The notes: a model not told the origin generated them from the letters alone. Shown: positions 7,600-16,027, numbered from the stretch's first letter. The stretch is 26,156 nucleotides of DNA from Actinomycetales bacterium (GCA_017849335.1 JAFIHP010000423.1:1-26156); one strand, 5' to 3'. Program-made: numbers and translations.

Positions 7600-8142
7600 T
7601 CAGGCCGCCCGTCGAGAGGCGGCGCGCAGGCGGTCCAGCGTGGCCGGCGGAACGATGAGCGGCACGGCGTCGCCGGGCGCGCGCAGGATGCCGCGGAGCA
7701 CGTGCGTCGTGGAGATGGTCCGTGCGTGGTCGGCGACGGCCTCGCGCAGGCTCAGCTCGAGGCTCTTGCGCATGGCGGGCGTGACTCGGCTGACCCGGCC
7801 CAGGAGACGCTCGGTGAGGCTGCGGTCACCGCGGCGACGCGGTGCCGCATCGGTCCACGCGTCGGGTCCGAACGTCGCCTCGACGCTGGCGCGGATGCTC
7901 GCGAGGTCCACGCCGATCGCCCGCAGGGCGCGGGCGTCGCCCTCGGGGCCCCCGGCCAGGTCGCCGAGGGCGCGGCTCAGGTCGGCGGCCGTGATGCCGG
8001 CGCCGACGAGCGTCGGCTCACCGGCTGCGGCGAGCCCGATGAGCAGGTGGTGGCATCCGGTCGTCCCGTCGCCGCGCTCGGCTGCGAGGGTCCGCGCGCG
8101 GACCACGGCATCACGGGCATCGGTCGTGAATCGTTCGAGCAT
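7600..8142 (-). CDS. Clp N-terminal (repeat) domain protein, no ATPase domain
   Basis: MLERFTTDARDAVVRA...GCHHLLIGL and a second repeat TPAMRKSLELSLREA...ISTTHVLRGIL. Confidence 0.85.
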   Translation of the reverse strand: MLERFTTDARDAVVRARTLAAERGDGTTGCHHLLIGLAAAGEPTLVGAGITAADLSRALGDLAGGPEGDARALRAIGVDLASIRASVEATFGPDAWTDAAPRRRGDRSLTERLLGRVSRVTPAMRKSLELSLREAVADHARTISTTHVLRGILRAPGDAVPLIVPPATLDRLRAASRRAA

Positions 8143-8145
8143 CGC

Positions 8146-8346
8146 TCAGCCCTCCCGGCGCTGGTGCTTCTGATGGACGGCCTGCTTGCTGACGCCGAGG
8201 ACCGCGGCGATCTCGGCCCAGCTCCAGCCGAGCCGGCGCGCGTTGTCGACGTGCACGGCCTCCAGTCGGTCGGCGAGCCGGTGCAGCGCGGCGACCGCCG
8301 CGAGCCCGACCGCGGGGTCGGCGGCAGTGAGTGCGTCCTCGTCCAT
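8146..8346 (-). CDS. Small helix-turn-helix protein (66 aa) paired with the Clp-N gene
   Basis: MDEDALTAADPAVGLAAVAALHRLADRLEAVHVDNARRLGWSWAEIAAVLGVSKQAVHQKH, with a GWSWAEIA..LGVS.QAVH HTH. Start taken as ATG 8346. Confidence 0.85.
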   Translation of the reverse strand: MDEDALTAADPAVGLAAVAALHRLADRLEAVHVDNARRLGWSWAEIAAVLGVSKQAVHQKHQRREG

Positions 8347-8348
8347 GG

Positions 8349-8397
8349 CGTCAACGTACCTTGACGGACCGCGAGGCGTCAAGAAATGTTGACGCCT
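8349..8397. promoter_or_regulatory. Tandem palindromic operator CGTCAA-N6-TTGACG x2 overlapping a leaderless promoter of the HTH gene
   Basis: Palindromes at 8349-8366 and 8377-8394 (the second extends to AGGCGTCAA/TTGACGCCT, 8374-8397). Minus strand reads TTGACG (8382-8377), 18 nt, TACGTT (8358-8353), 6 nt, ATG. Confidence 0.7.
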
Positions 8398-8453
8398 GGT
8401 TCCGGCGAGCGCCTCGGCCGGCTCGGGGCGCTCGCCCGGCATAGGGTGACGCC

Positions 8454-9686
8454 GTGACGACGCCGGGACCGCGGGCCGCGCTGGCCCGAGGCCTGGCCTT
8501 CGTCGGGGCGGCCACCGTCCTCGGCAACGGTGCCGCGTTCTTGCTGACGATGGTCGCCGCGCGCGTGCTGACGCCCGCGGAGTTCGGCGCCCTCGGGGCT
8601 CTCCTCGGAATGCTCGTGATCATCTCGACCGTCAGCATCGCGACCCAGGCGCTGACGGCTCGACAGGTCGCCGTCGCGCCGGACGCCGCCACACGGGCGG
8701 AGGTCGAGGGCCAGGCCGTCCGGCTGGCCGTGCTCGTGGGCGCGGCGATCGTCGTGGGCGGCCTCGTCGTCGCCTGGCCGCTGGGAGTGATCTTCACGAT
8801 TCCGACCGTGGCCGTCGCGACCGGCATCGCCTCACTCGGCTTCGTCGTCGTCGGCTCGGCGGCGATGGGCATCTCGCAAGGTCGCGAGGAGCACCTGCGC
8901 CTGTCGTGGTCGTTCCTGGCCAACCAGCTCGGTCGGGCGGCCGGCGGCATCGTGTTCGTGCTCGTCCTGGGCAGCGTCACCGGGGTCGGCGTCGGCATCC
9001 TCGTCGGCTGCGCCGTGGGGGCGGCGATCGCGTACCGCATCTCCTGCCCCGGTGCCTGGGGACCGCACGTCTCGCGCGGCGTCGCGACGGAGTTCGGCCA
9101 CGTCGTGCACGCGCTGCTGGTGCTGTTCACGCTGACGAACGTCGACGTGCTGCTGGCCCGTCTGTTCCTCGACGCCGACCAGTCGGGGGAGTACTCGGTC
9201 GGGGTCCAGCTGGCGAAGATCGCGTTCTTCCTGCCCGGGGCGATCGTGATCGTGCTGTTCCCCAAGATGACCGGCGGGAACACGCGCCGGGCGGTCTACG
9301 TCGCCACGGCGCTGACGGCGGTGGTCGGCGTGGGTGTCACGGGCTTCAGCCTGCTCTTCGGCAACCTCGTGGCCCGGATCCTCGGCGGTGCTCAGTACAC
9401 CGACCTCGGCTCGGAGATCTGGCTGTTCGCCCTGGAAGGCTCGGCGTTCGCGCTCGTCCAGGTGCTGCTCTACGGCCGGCTCGCCACGCAGGACCGCTCG
9501 GCGGTCCTCGCGGTCTGGGCCGGACTGGTCGTCCTCGTCGCGGTCGTGGTGTTCTGGCGCCACGACTCCCTCGCGGAGATCGTCACCTCCGTCGTCGCCG
9601 TGTCGCTGGTCCTCACCGCTGCCGGGCTGCTCATGGACCGTCGCAAGCCGGCATCCGTCCCCGTCCCGATGGAGACCGCGGAGTAG
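8454..9686 (+). CDS. Polysaccharide biosynthesis / Wzx-like flippase (MOP superfamily) membrane protein
   Basis: About 12 hydrophobic segments. Motifs ARVLTPAEFGALGALL, NVDVLLARLFL...GEYS...AKIAFFLPGAIVIVLFP. TAGGGT lies 6 nt before the GTG, suggesting a leaderless transcript. Confidence 0.75.
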   Translation: MTTPGPRAALARGLAFVGAATVLGNGAAFLLTMVAARVLTPAEFGALGALLGMLVIISTVSIATQALTARQVAVAPDAATRAEVEGQAVRLAVLVGAAIVVGGLVVAWPLGVIFTIPTVAVATGIASLGFVVVGSAAMGISQGREEHLRLSWSFLANQLGRAAGGIVFVLVLGSVTGVGVGILVGCAVGAAIAYRISCPGAWGPHVSRGVATEFGHVVHALLVLFTLTNVDVLLARLFLDADQSGEYSVGVQLAKIAFFLPGAIVIVLFPKMTGGNTRRAVYVATALTAVVGVGVTGFSLLFGNLVARILGGAQYTDLGSEIWLFALEGSAFALVQVLLYGRLATQDRSAVLAVWAGLVVLVAVVVFWRHDSLAEIVTSVVAVSLVLTAAGLLMDRRKPASVPVPMETAE

Positions 9687-10262
9687 CTACCCGAGCAGCT
9701 CCGCCCGGACCCAGTCGCCCAGTCGCTCGGCGCACTCGTCGACGTTCTGCTTCCACGTCCGCGCCGCCGAGTCCCCCGCGCGGTCGCTGACCTGCTTGAC
9801 GAGGGTGACGGGCACGCCGGCGGCACGTGCGGCGAGGGCGACGGCGTAGCCCTCCATGTCGACGAGGTCGGCGGTCCGGGCCAGCCGCTCGCGGGTCGCC
9901 GGATCCGACACGAACACGTCGCCCGTCGCCAGGGTCAGCCCTGCGTCGGTAAGCCGCACCGGCTCACCGAAGCGCATGCCGGTGAGCCCGAAGAGGGCGT
10001 CGTCGTCGAGGTCGTGCTGGACGACCGTGCAGACCACGTGCGTGCCGGCCACGTCGTCGCGCAGGGCGCCGGCCGTGCCCAGGTTGACGACCGCCGACGG
10101 TGACGCGTCGGCCAGCGTGAGCGCGACCGCGATGGCGGCGTTCACCTTCCCCACGCCCGTGACGAGGACCGGCAGGTCGCTGACGTGCAGGTGCGTTGCC
10201 TCCTCCTCCAGGGCGACGACGAGCAACGGCCGGTCGGATGAGATGGTTCGATGGAGCCGCAC
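9687..10262 (-). CDS. Nucleosidase (MTA/SAH nucleosidase / PNP-UDP phosphorylase fold)
   Basis: Motifs LLVVALEEEA, TGVGKVNAA, VNLGTAG, LATGDVFV, VDMEGYAVA, VKQVSDRA. Start inferred at GTG 10262 (TACGTT just upstream); the ORF-track start at 10931 is an over-extension. Confidence 0.85.
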   Translation of the reverse strand: MRLHRTISSDRPLLVVALEEEATHLHVSDLPVLVTGVGKVNAAIAVALTLADASPSAVVNLGTAGALRDDVAGTHVVCTVVQHDLDDDALFGLTGMRFGEPVRLTDAGLTLATGDVFVSDPATRERLARTADLVDMEGYAVALAARAAGVPVTLVKQVSDRAGDSAARTWKQNVDECAERLGDWVRAELLG

Positions 10263-10286
10263 GCGGGCAACGTACTGGAGGTGCAG

Positions 10287-11537
10287 GTGTCGGAAGACCC
10301 GACCGAGGCGCCGCGCCGCCGCGGGCGTCGTTGGGTGATCGCGATCTCGGTGGTCGTCGTGGCCGCGCTCCTGGTCGGGGGAGGCGTCGCCCTGGGGCGC
10401 GTCACGGCTCCGGGGCCGGCCGTCGTCGTGGCTGCCGGACCCGTGGTGGAGGCGTCGCCGGAGGCCGAGCCGATCCCGGTCGGCCTGCCGCCCTCGCCGG
10501 ACCCCGCCGAGTCGACGCCGGGGCCGGTCGTGCTCGTCGCGGCGAACGCGACCGGTGGTCCGGCCGTGGTGATGACCGCCGGTGACGACCTGCCCGACAC
10601 GTCGACCCAGGCGCTGGGCTACCGCGTGACGAGCGAGGGGGTCAGCCCCGGGCAGGTCGCAGCAGTGCTGGCGAACACCCTCGGCGCGACCGGCACGCCG
10701 GTCGAGGCGTCCGGGACCTGGACGGTCGGGTCGCAGACCGGTCGACGACTCGTCGTCCAGGGCGACCCCCTGGTCAGCTGGGAGTTCACCGACGCGCAGG
10801 CGACCGCGCAGCCGGCGACCGGTCCGCCGATGGACGCGGACCAGGCCATCGGCCTCGCGAAGAACCTGCTGAGCAGCATCGGCGTCGACACCGAGACCGT
10901 GGACTGGCAGGTGGACCGCTACTCCGGCCACACCGAGGTCACCGCCTGGCAGACCGTCGACCGAGCCCGCACCAGCTTGTCCTGGAAGGTCGGGCTCGAC
11001 CCGGCCGGCACCATCGTCAGCGCCAGCGGCTTCTCCGCCGGCCTTCGCCAGGTGCCCGGCTACCCGGTCGTCGGGGCACGCACCGCCGTCAATCGGACGA
11101 GCATGGCGGGATGGAGCTCGCTGGTCCCGCGGCTGGTCAGCCCCGGAAGCAGCCAGCCGTCGCCCACACCGAGCCCGTCGGGTTCGCCGGACGCGACCGG
11201 TGCCGAGCCGGCTGACACCCTGCCGAGCGACACGTTCGGCACGTACGCCCCGTCGACGCTTCCTAGCCAGCTCACGACCGACAACACGGGCGCGTCGACG
11301 CCGCCCGTGCCGGACCCCAGCCCGTCCTCGCGGCCCTCGCTCGCCGTCCCGGTCACCACGGTGACGGCCGACTCAGCGGACCTCGGCGTCGCGCAGTACT
11401 GGCAGCCGGACGGCAGCCTGCTGATCCTCCCGGCGTACGTCATCACGGCGTCGGACGGCAGCCGGTGGTCCGTCCTGGCGATCGACGGCAGCTACGTCGA
11501 CTTCGTCCCGACCGACCCGAGCCCCGTGTCGTCCTGA
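10287..11537 (+). CDS. Single-pass membrane-anchored hypothetical protein with large Pro/Ser/Thr-rich extracellular region
   Basis: RRRGRR followed by a long hydrophobic segment, then a long soluble region. Start inferred at GTG 10287 (GGAGG 5 nt upstream); GTG 10281 or ATG 10251 are alternatives. Confidence 0.75.
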   Translation: MSEDPTEAPRRRGRRWVIAISVVVVAALLVGGGVALGRVTAPGPAVVVAAGPVVEASPEAEPIPVGLPPSPDPAESTPGPVVLVAANATGGPAVVMTAGDDLPDTSTQALGYRVTSEGVSPGQVAAVLANTLGATGTPVEASGTWTVGSQTGRRLVVQGDPLVSWEFTDAQATAQPATGPPMDADQAIGLAKNLLSSIGVDTETVDWQVDRYSGHTEVTAWQTVDRARTSLSWKVGLDPAGTIVSASGFSAGLRQVPGYPVVGARTAVNRTSMAGWSSLVPRLVSPGSSQPSPTPSPSGSPDATGAEPADTLPSDTFGTYAPSTLPSQLTTDNTGASTPPVPDPSPSSRPSLAVPVTTVTADSADLGVAQYWQPDGSLLILPAYVITASDGSRWSVLAIDGSYVDFVPTDPSPVSS

Positions 11538-11568
11538 CCGATCGGCACGCCGGTACGGTGGGCGCCCT

Positions 11569-11653
11569 GGCGAGGTGGCAGAGCGGCCGATTGCAGGCGC
11601 CTTGAAAGCGCCCGAGGGGCAACCCTCCGGGGGTTCAAATCCCTCCCTCGCCG
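11569..11653 (+). tRNA. tRNA-Ser (anticodon TGA); CCA not encoded
   Basis: Acceptor stem GGCGAGG/CCTCGCC, anticodon arm GGCGC-CTTGAAA-GCGCC, long variable arm, GGTTCAAATCC T-loop, discriminator G. TACGGT -10-like hexamer at 11554-11559. Confidence 0.95.
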
Positions 11654-11654
11654 C

Positions 11655-12119
11655 GTGTCTGTGGCGCTGATCCTGGTCGACGTCGCCTGGATCGTCGGTT
11701 CGTCCGTCGCGGTCGGCGCGACGGCACCGCGCTGGCCGGCCGCGTGGGTGAGCCGCGACCGCTTCCCGGTGTGCCGGTGGCCGGGCGAGTCGCCGCAGCT
11801 CTACCGCCGGCTCGGCGTGTCGCGGTTCGCGAGCCGGCTGCCGGAAGGCGGTGCCAGCTTCGGCGGGCGGAGCAAGGCGGCGATGGGAGGCTCGTCGGTC
11901 GCCGACCTGAGGCAGCACCTGGCCGAGGTGCGCCGGGCCGAGTGGGTGCACTGGTGGTCGATCGCGCTCTCGGTCGTGATCGTGCTGTTCAACCCGCTGT
12001 GGCTCACGGTGGCCTTCGTGGTCGCCGTCGCGCTCGGCAACCTGCCGTTCCTCCTGGTGTTGCGCAACAATCGCCTCCGGATCGCGCGCGCGGTCGAGTG
12101 GAGGGCGGCGAGCACATGA
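11655..12119 (+). CDS. CrtO-like (glycosyl-4,4'-diaponeurosporenoate acyltransferase family) membrane protein
   Basis: Pattern LYRRLGVSRFASRLPEGG...EVRRAEWVHWW...NLPFLLVLRNNRLRI resembles the family (recalled Y..LGV..WK..LP, RAE..HW, N.P....QRYNR.R). Confidence 0.7.
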   Translation: MSVALILVDVAWIVGSSVAVGATAPRWPAAWVSRDRFPVCRWPGESPQLYRRLGVSRFASRLPEGGASFGGRSKAAMGGSSVADLRQHLAEVRRAEWVHWWSIALSVVIVLFNPLWLTVAFVVAVALGNLPFLLVLRNNRLRIARAVEWRAAST

Positions 12120-12949
12120 CGACCCTCCCGTCGTTCGCCGGCCGCGTGCGCGAGTGGCCGGTCGTCAGCTTCCCGCTCCTCCTCCTCTCGCGCTTCTTCC
12201 GGCTCGAGTTGCTGGAGCGTTCCTTCGGGCTCGCGGCGCAGGCGTTCGTCGCCTTGCTCCCGCTCGTCATCGCGGTCGTGTCCGTGTTCGTGGACGACAG
12301 CGGCGCCCTCATCGCCGGCCAGCTGTCGGACCGCTACGGGCTCGACCAGGTGGCCCGTCGGGCGATCGAGTCGCTGTTCACCGCGACGACCGATGTCGTC
12401 ACGATCTCGTGGCTCGCCCTGGCGATGTCGTTCCTGTCGGCGTTCTCGCTGTCGCGTCGGCTCGCCCGGACCTACGCGGCCATCTTCGAGGTGCCGCCGC
12501 TCCCGCGCCGGCAGACGTGGCACGGACTCGTCTGGATCGCCCTGCAGGTCAGCCTGCTCATCGTCGCGTCCACGATGCGCGACATCTACCGGTCGCAGGG
12601 CGGCGTCATCGAGGTCCTGGCCGTGATCGGCCTGGTCGCCACCTGGCTGTTCGTGGACTGGTTCGGCGTGCGGCTGCTCGTGCCCGCCGTCGCCAACAGG
12701 CTGATCATCGCGTCCGCGATCGTGTGCGGGATCGGCCGTCTCGGCGTCACGGTGTGGGCGGCGATCTACATGCCCACGGCGATGTCGGACCAGGCCGCCC
12801 AGTACGGCCCGATCGGCGTGACCTTCACGATCTTCACGTACCTGCTGGTCAACGTCGTGGTCTACCTCGCGGGCCCGCTCCTGGTGACGAGCTGGCTCAC
12901 CTGGCGGGCCGAGCGGTCGGCCGGCCGGCAGCTGACGCTCGACACCTAG
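12116..12949 (+). CDS. YihY/virulence factor BrkB family membrane protein
   Basis: The ATG overlaps the CrtO-like stop (ATGA). About six TM segments. Motifs AAQAFVALLPL, YGPIGVTFTIFTYL. Confidence 0.7.
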   Translation: MTTLPSFAGRVREWPVVSFPLLLLSRFFRLELLERSFGLAAQAFVALLPLVIAVVSVFVDDSGALIAGQLSDRYGLDQVARRAIESLFTATTDVVTISWLALAMSFLSAFSLSRRLARTYAAIFEVPPLPRRQTWHGLVWIALQVSLLIVASTMRDIYRSQGGVIEVLAVIGLVATWLFVDWFGVRLLVPAVANRLIIASAIVCGIGRLGVTVWAAIYMPTAMSDQAAQYGPIGVTFTIFTYLLVNVVVYLAGPLLVTSWLTWRAERSAGRQLTLDT

Positions 12950-12979
12950 GCCGAGCGCGACCGCCGGCGCGGCCGGACG

Positions 12980-14026
12980 TCACGCTGTCAGGGACGCCGT
13001 GTCGATGACGAAGCGGTAGCGCACGTCGCTGGCGACCACGCGGTCCCAGGCCTCGTTGACCTGCTGGACGGCGATCGTCTCGATGTCCGCGCCGAGCCCG
13101 TGCTCGCCGCAGAAGTCCAGCATCTCCTGGGTCTGCGGGATGCTGCCGTTGTTGGTCCCGGAGATGCGTCGCCGCTGAGCGACCAGCGAGAACGGGCTCA
13201 CCGTGAGGTCGTTCTCCGGCAGGCCGACCATGACGAGCGTGCCGTCGAGGCCGAGGAGGCGCAGATACGGGTCCAGCGAGGTGATCGAGCTGGCGGTGTT
13301 GACGATGAGGTCGAGCGAGTTGCGCGCTGCTCGCATGGCGTTCTTGTCGGAGGACACGAGGAACTCGTCGGCGCCGAGGCGGCGGGCGTCCTCCTCCTTG
13401 CTCGGCGAATGGCTGATGACCGTGACGTCGGCCCCCATCGCGGAGGCGATCTTCACGCCCATGTGACCCAGACCGCCCAGCCCGACGATGCCGACGCGGA
13501 CGCCGGGACCGGCCTTCCACACCGCCAGCGGCTGGTACAGGGTGATGCCGGCGCACAGCAGGGGCGCCGCGACGTCGAGCCCCAGGGAGTCGGGCAGGCG
13601 CAGCACGTAGTTCTCGTCGACCACGATGTGGGTCGAGTACCCGCCGTAGGTCGGCGTCGTCCGGTCGGCCTCGGTGCCGTTGTACGTCGCGCTGACGTGG
13701 CCCGTGCAGTACGACTGCTCGCCGGCCAGGCACGCCGCGCACTCGCGGCACGAGTCCACGTAGCAGCCGACGCCGACGCGGTCGCCGGGCGCGAAGCGCG
13801 TGACGGAGTCGCCGACGGCGGTGACGACGCCGGCGATCTCGTGCCCCGGCACCATCGGGAAGATCGAGGTGAACCACTCCTCGCGTGCCTGGTGGATGTC
13901 GGAGTGGCAGATGCCCGCGTAGGCGATGTCGATCGCGACGTCGTTGGGGCCGACGTCCCTGCGCTGGACGACGAACGGTGCGAGGGGTGCGCCGGCGGCG
14001 GGGGCGGCGTAGGCGGCGACGTCCAT
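12980..14026 (-). CDS. Zn-dependent NAD(P)H alcohol dehydrogenase (cinnamyl-ADH / YahK / AdhC-like)
   Basis: Motifs GICHSD, VPGHEIAG, structural Zn CRECAAC...C, APLLCAGIT, GLGGLGH, DVRYRFVID. RBS GAAGGAG. Confidence 0.95.
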   Translation of the reverse strand: MDVAAYAAPAAGAPLAPFVVQRRDVGPNDVAIDIAYAGICHSDIHQAREEWFTSIFPMVPGHEIAGVVTAVGDSVTRFAPGDRVGVGCYVDSCRECAACLAGEQSYCTGHVSATYNGTEADRTTPTYGGYSTHIVVDENYVLRLPDSLGLDVAAPLLCAGITLYQPLAVWKAGPGVRVGIVGLGGLGHMGVKIASAMGADVTVISHSPSKEEDARRLGADEFLVSSDKNAMRAARNSLDLIVNTASSITSLDPYLRLLGLDGTLVMVGLPENDLTVSPFSLVAQRRRISGTNNGSIPQTQEMLDFCGEHGLGADIETIAVQQVNEAWDRVVASDVRYRFVIDTASLTA

Positions 14027-14101
14027 GGGGTTCTCCTTCGTCGAACGGGTGAGGGCGTGCGGATCGAACGGTCTGCGGTGGAGCGGCCTGCGGACGACGC
14101 G

Positions 14102-14851
14102 TCAGTCGACGGTCAGCCGCCAGATGCGTGCGCCGCCGACGAGGGCGGCGGAGTTCGGCACGATCACGACGTCGTCCCCGAGCCAGCCGAGGACGGTGGC
14201 GGTGATGTTCCGTGAGTTGCCGCCCCCAAGGTACAGGCGGTCCCAGAGGAAGACCGGACGCAGTCCGCCGACGACCTTCGCGACCCGGCGCGACCACATG
14301 GCGTTGCCGAGGCGGCGGCGCTCATGCTCGCCGATGTACGTGTCGTAGGACAGGCCCCAGCGCACCGGCGCCTGGGAGAGCTCCAGGTGCGGGGCCAGCC
14401 GGCCGCCGTCGTAGATCGCGCAGCCCAGGCCCGTGCCGAGGGTGAGGACCAGCTCGAGGCCGACGCCGGACACCACGCCCGCACCGTGCACCTCAGCGTC
14501 GTTGAGGACGCGGGTGGGCAGGCCCAGGGCGGTCTGCAGAGCCGTCTGCGCGTCGAACCCCTCCCACTGCTCGACCAGCTCGGGAAGCACGCGAGACCGG
14601 GGGCCCGAGCGGGTGACGTAGTGCGGCGTCGTGACGACGACGCCGTGGCGGATCATCCCGGGCAGTCCGACCGTGACGCGCTCGGCGGCCGGCAGGCTCG
14701 CCGCGAGGTCGACGAGGGTCTGCACGAAGAGGTCGGTCGTGAGCGGGTAGGGGGTGGGCACGCGGATCGGGTGCGCGCGCATCGTGCCGGCATCGTCGAG
14801 GACGGACGCCTTGATGCCGCCTCCGCCGCAGTCGATGGACAGGGTCGTCAC
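14102..14851 (-). CDS. ROK family kinase (polyphosphate glucokinase-like)
   Basis: Motifs SIDCGGGGIKA, LNDAEVHG, LTLGTGLG, HLELS, LGGGNS. Start is GTG 14851 (CAGAAT 7 nt upstream) or ATG 14860. Confidence 0.85.
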   Translation of the reverse strand: MTTLSIDCGGGGIKASVLDDAGTMRAHPIRVPTPYPLTTDLFVQTLVDLAASLPAAERVTVGLPGMIRHGVVVTTPHYVTRSGPRSRVLPELVEQWEGFDAQTALQTALGLPTRVLNDAEVHGAGVVSGVGLELVLTLGTGLGCAIYDGGRLAPHLELSQAPVRWGLSYDTYIGEHERRRLGNAMWSRRVAKVVGGLRPVFLWDRLYLGGGNSRNITATVLGWLGDDVVIVPNSAALVGGARIWRLTVD

Positions 14852-14917
14852 GCGGTGCATTCTGCCGCTCGGGCGCCGGGTATCCTTGGCGGGCCGTCGG
14901 AGCGATCCGGTCGGCGG

Positions 14918-15010
14918 GGAGGCATCGCCTAGTCCGGTCTATGGCGCCGCACTGCTAATGCGGTTTGGGTCTCAAGCCCATCGAGGGTTCAAATCCCTCT
15001 GCCTCCGCCA
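14918..15010 (+). tRNA. tRNA-Ser (anticodon GCT)
   Basis: Acceptor stem GGAGGCA/TGCCTCC, anticodon arm CCGCA-CTGCTAA-TGCGG, long variable arm, GGTTCAAATCC, ends in GCCA. Confidence 0.96.
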
Positions 15011-15095
15011 CGCGCCCAGCGCGTTCGGCTGGCCCCTCGGGTGTGGGAGGAGCGCCAGCGACGGCTCCCTCCGCCTCCGCGACGCGAGCGGCCGC

Positions 15096-15548
15096 TCAGG
15101 CGCCGCGGAGCGCCTCGATCACCTTCGCGACGCGGCGGTCCCGCGTCTCGTCCTTCTTCGCCTCCGCGACCGATCGTGCGTGCTCCTTGCGGTGCGTGTA
15201 GGCCAAGGCGTCCCACGCGGCCTGGGCCTGCGGGTCGGCGGCGCGGGCCGCGGCCAGCGCCGGCGGCACCTCGACCTCCCGGGTCCCGGCGTCCAGGGAG
15301 ACGGTCGCCGACACTTCCTGCCCGGGCTCGACGCCCAACTCGCCGCGCAGGGCCTTGTTCAGGCCCAGGAGGTTCTCCCCGCCCATCCGGCCGATGCGGG
15401 CACGGACGGTGACGCCGCCGATCGTGAGGGTCACCGGTGGCGTCTTGCCCCCGCCGAGCGACGCGACCTGCTCGTCGGTGAGCACGATGGCCGCGGCCGG
15501 CCCGCGCGGCTCGAGGGTCGTCGTGAGCGTCAGGGTCGTCGCGGTCAT
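15096..15548 (-). CDS. DUF1905 / YdeI-OmpD-associated family protein
   Basis: LTTTLEPRG...PVTLTIGGVTVRARIGRMGG...LNKALR; C-terminal VEVPPALAAA...WDALAYTHRKEHARSVAEAKKDETRDRRV. Start ATG 15548. Confidence 0.88.
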   Translation of the reverse strand: MTATTLTLTTTLEPRGPAAAIVLTDEQVASLGGGKTPPVTLTIGGVTVRARIGRMGGENLLGLNKALRGELGVEPGQEVSATVSLDAGTREVEVPPALAAARAADPQAQAAWDALAYTHRKEHARSVAEAKKDETRDRRVAKVIEALRGA

Positions 15549-15549
15549 G

Positions 15550-15963
15550 TCATCCTCCGAAGAGCTGGCCGATGCGCAGCTTGTTGCCGAACGGGTCGCG
15601 GATGCCGAAGTCGACACCGTACGGCTTCTGGCTGGGCTCGTCGGTGAACTCGACGCCCTTGGACCGGAGCTCGTCGGCCATCGCGAAGGCGTCGTCGGTC
15701 GTCAGCGAGATCCAACCGCCGGCCGCGCCCTTGGTGAGCGAGTCGCGCACCTGGGCGGCGACGTCCGGGCTGAGTGCCGGTGGCCCCGGGACCTCGAGGA
15801 GGATCTCCCGTTCGGGCTGGCCCGGCAGGCAGACCGTGAGCCAGCGCATGAAACCGAGGTCGACGTCGGAGTGGACCTCGAACCCGAGAGTGCCGACGTA
15901 GAACTCGAGCGCCTGGTCCTGGTCGAGGACGTACAGCTGCGTGAGCTTGATCGATGTGAGCAT
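15550..15963 (-). CDS. VOC (glyoxalase/bleomycin-resistance) family protein
   Basis: Motifs LYVLDQDQALEFYVGTLGFE, MRWLTV, LRSKGVEF, PYGVDFGIRDPFGN. Confidence 0.92.
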   Translation of the reverse strand: MLTSIKLTQLYVLDQDQALEFYVGTLGFEVHSDVDLGFMRWLTVCLPGQPEREILLEVPGPPALSPDVAAQVRDSLTKGAAGGWISLTTDDAFAMADELRSKGVEFTDEPSQKPYGVDFGIRDPFGNKLRIGQLFGG

Positions 15964-16027
15964 GCGGGGACGCTAGCTCGGCGGGCGCGTCGGGCGCTTG
16001 TCCGAAACTGCTCGATGTTGATCGGCG

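Noticed and set aside
11569-11653. Possible selenocysteine or suppressor tRNA because of 'TGA'
   Set aside because: TGA is the anticodon and reads the Ser codon TCA. It has a normal 7-bp acceptor stem and a Ser-type variable arm.
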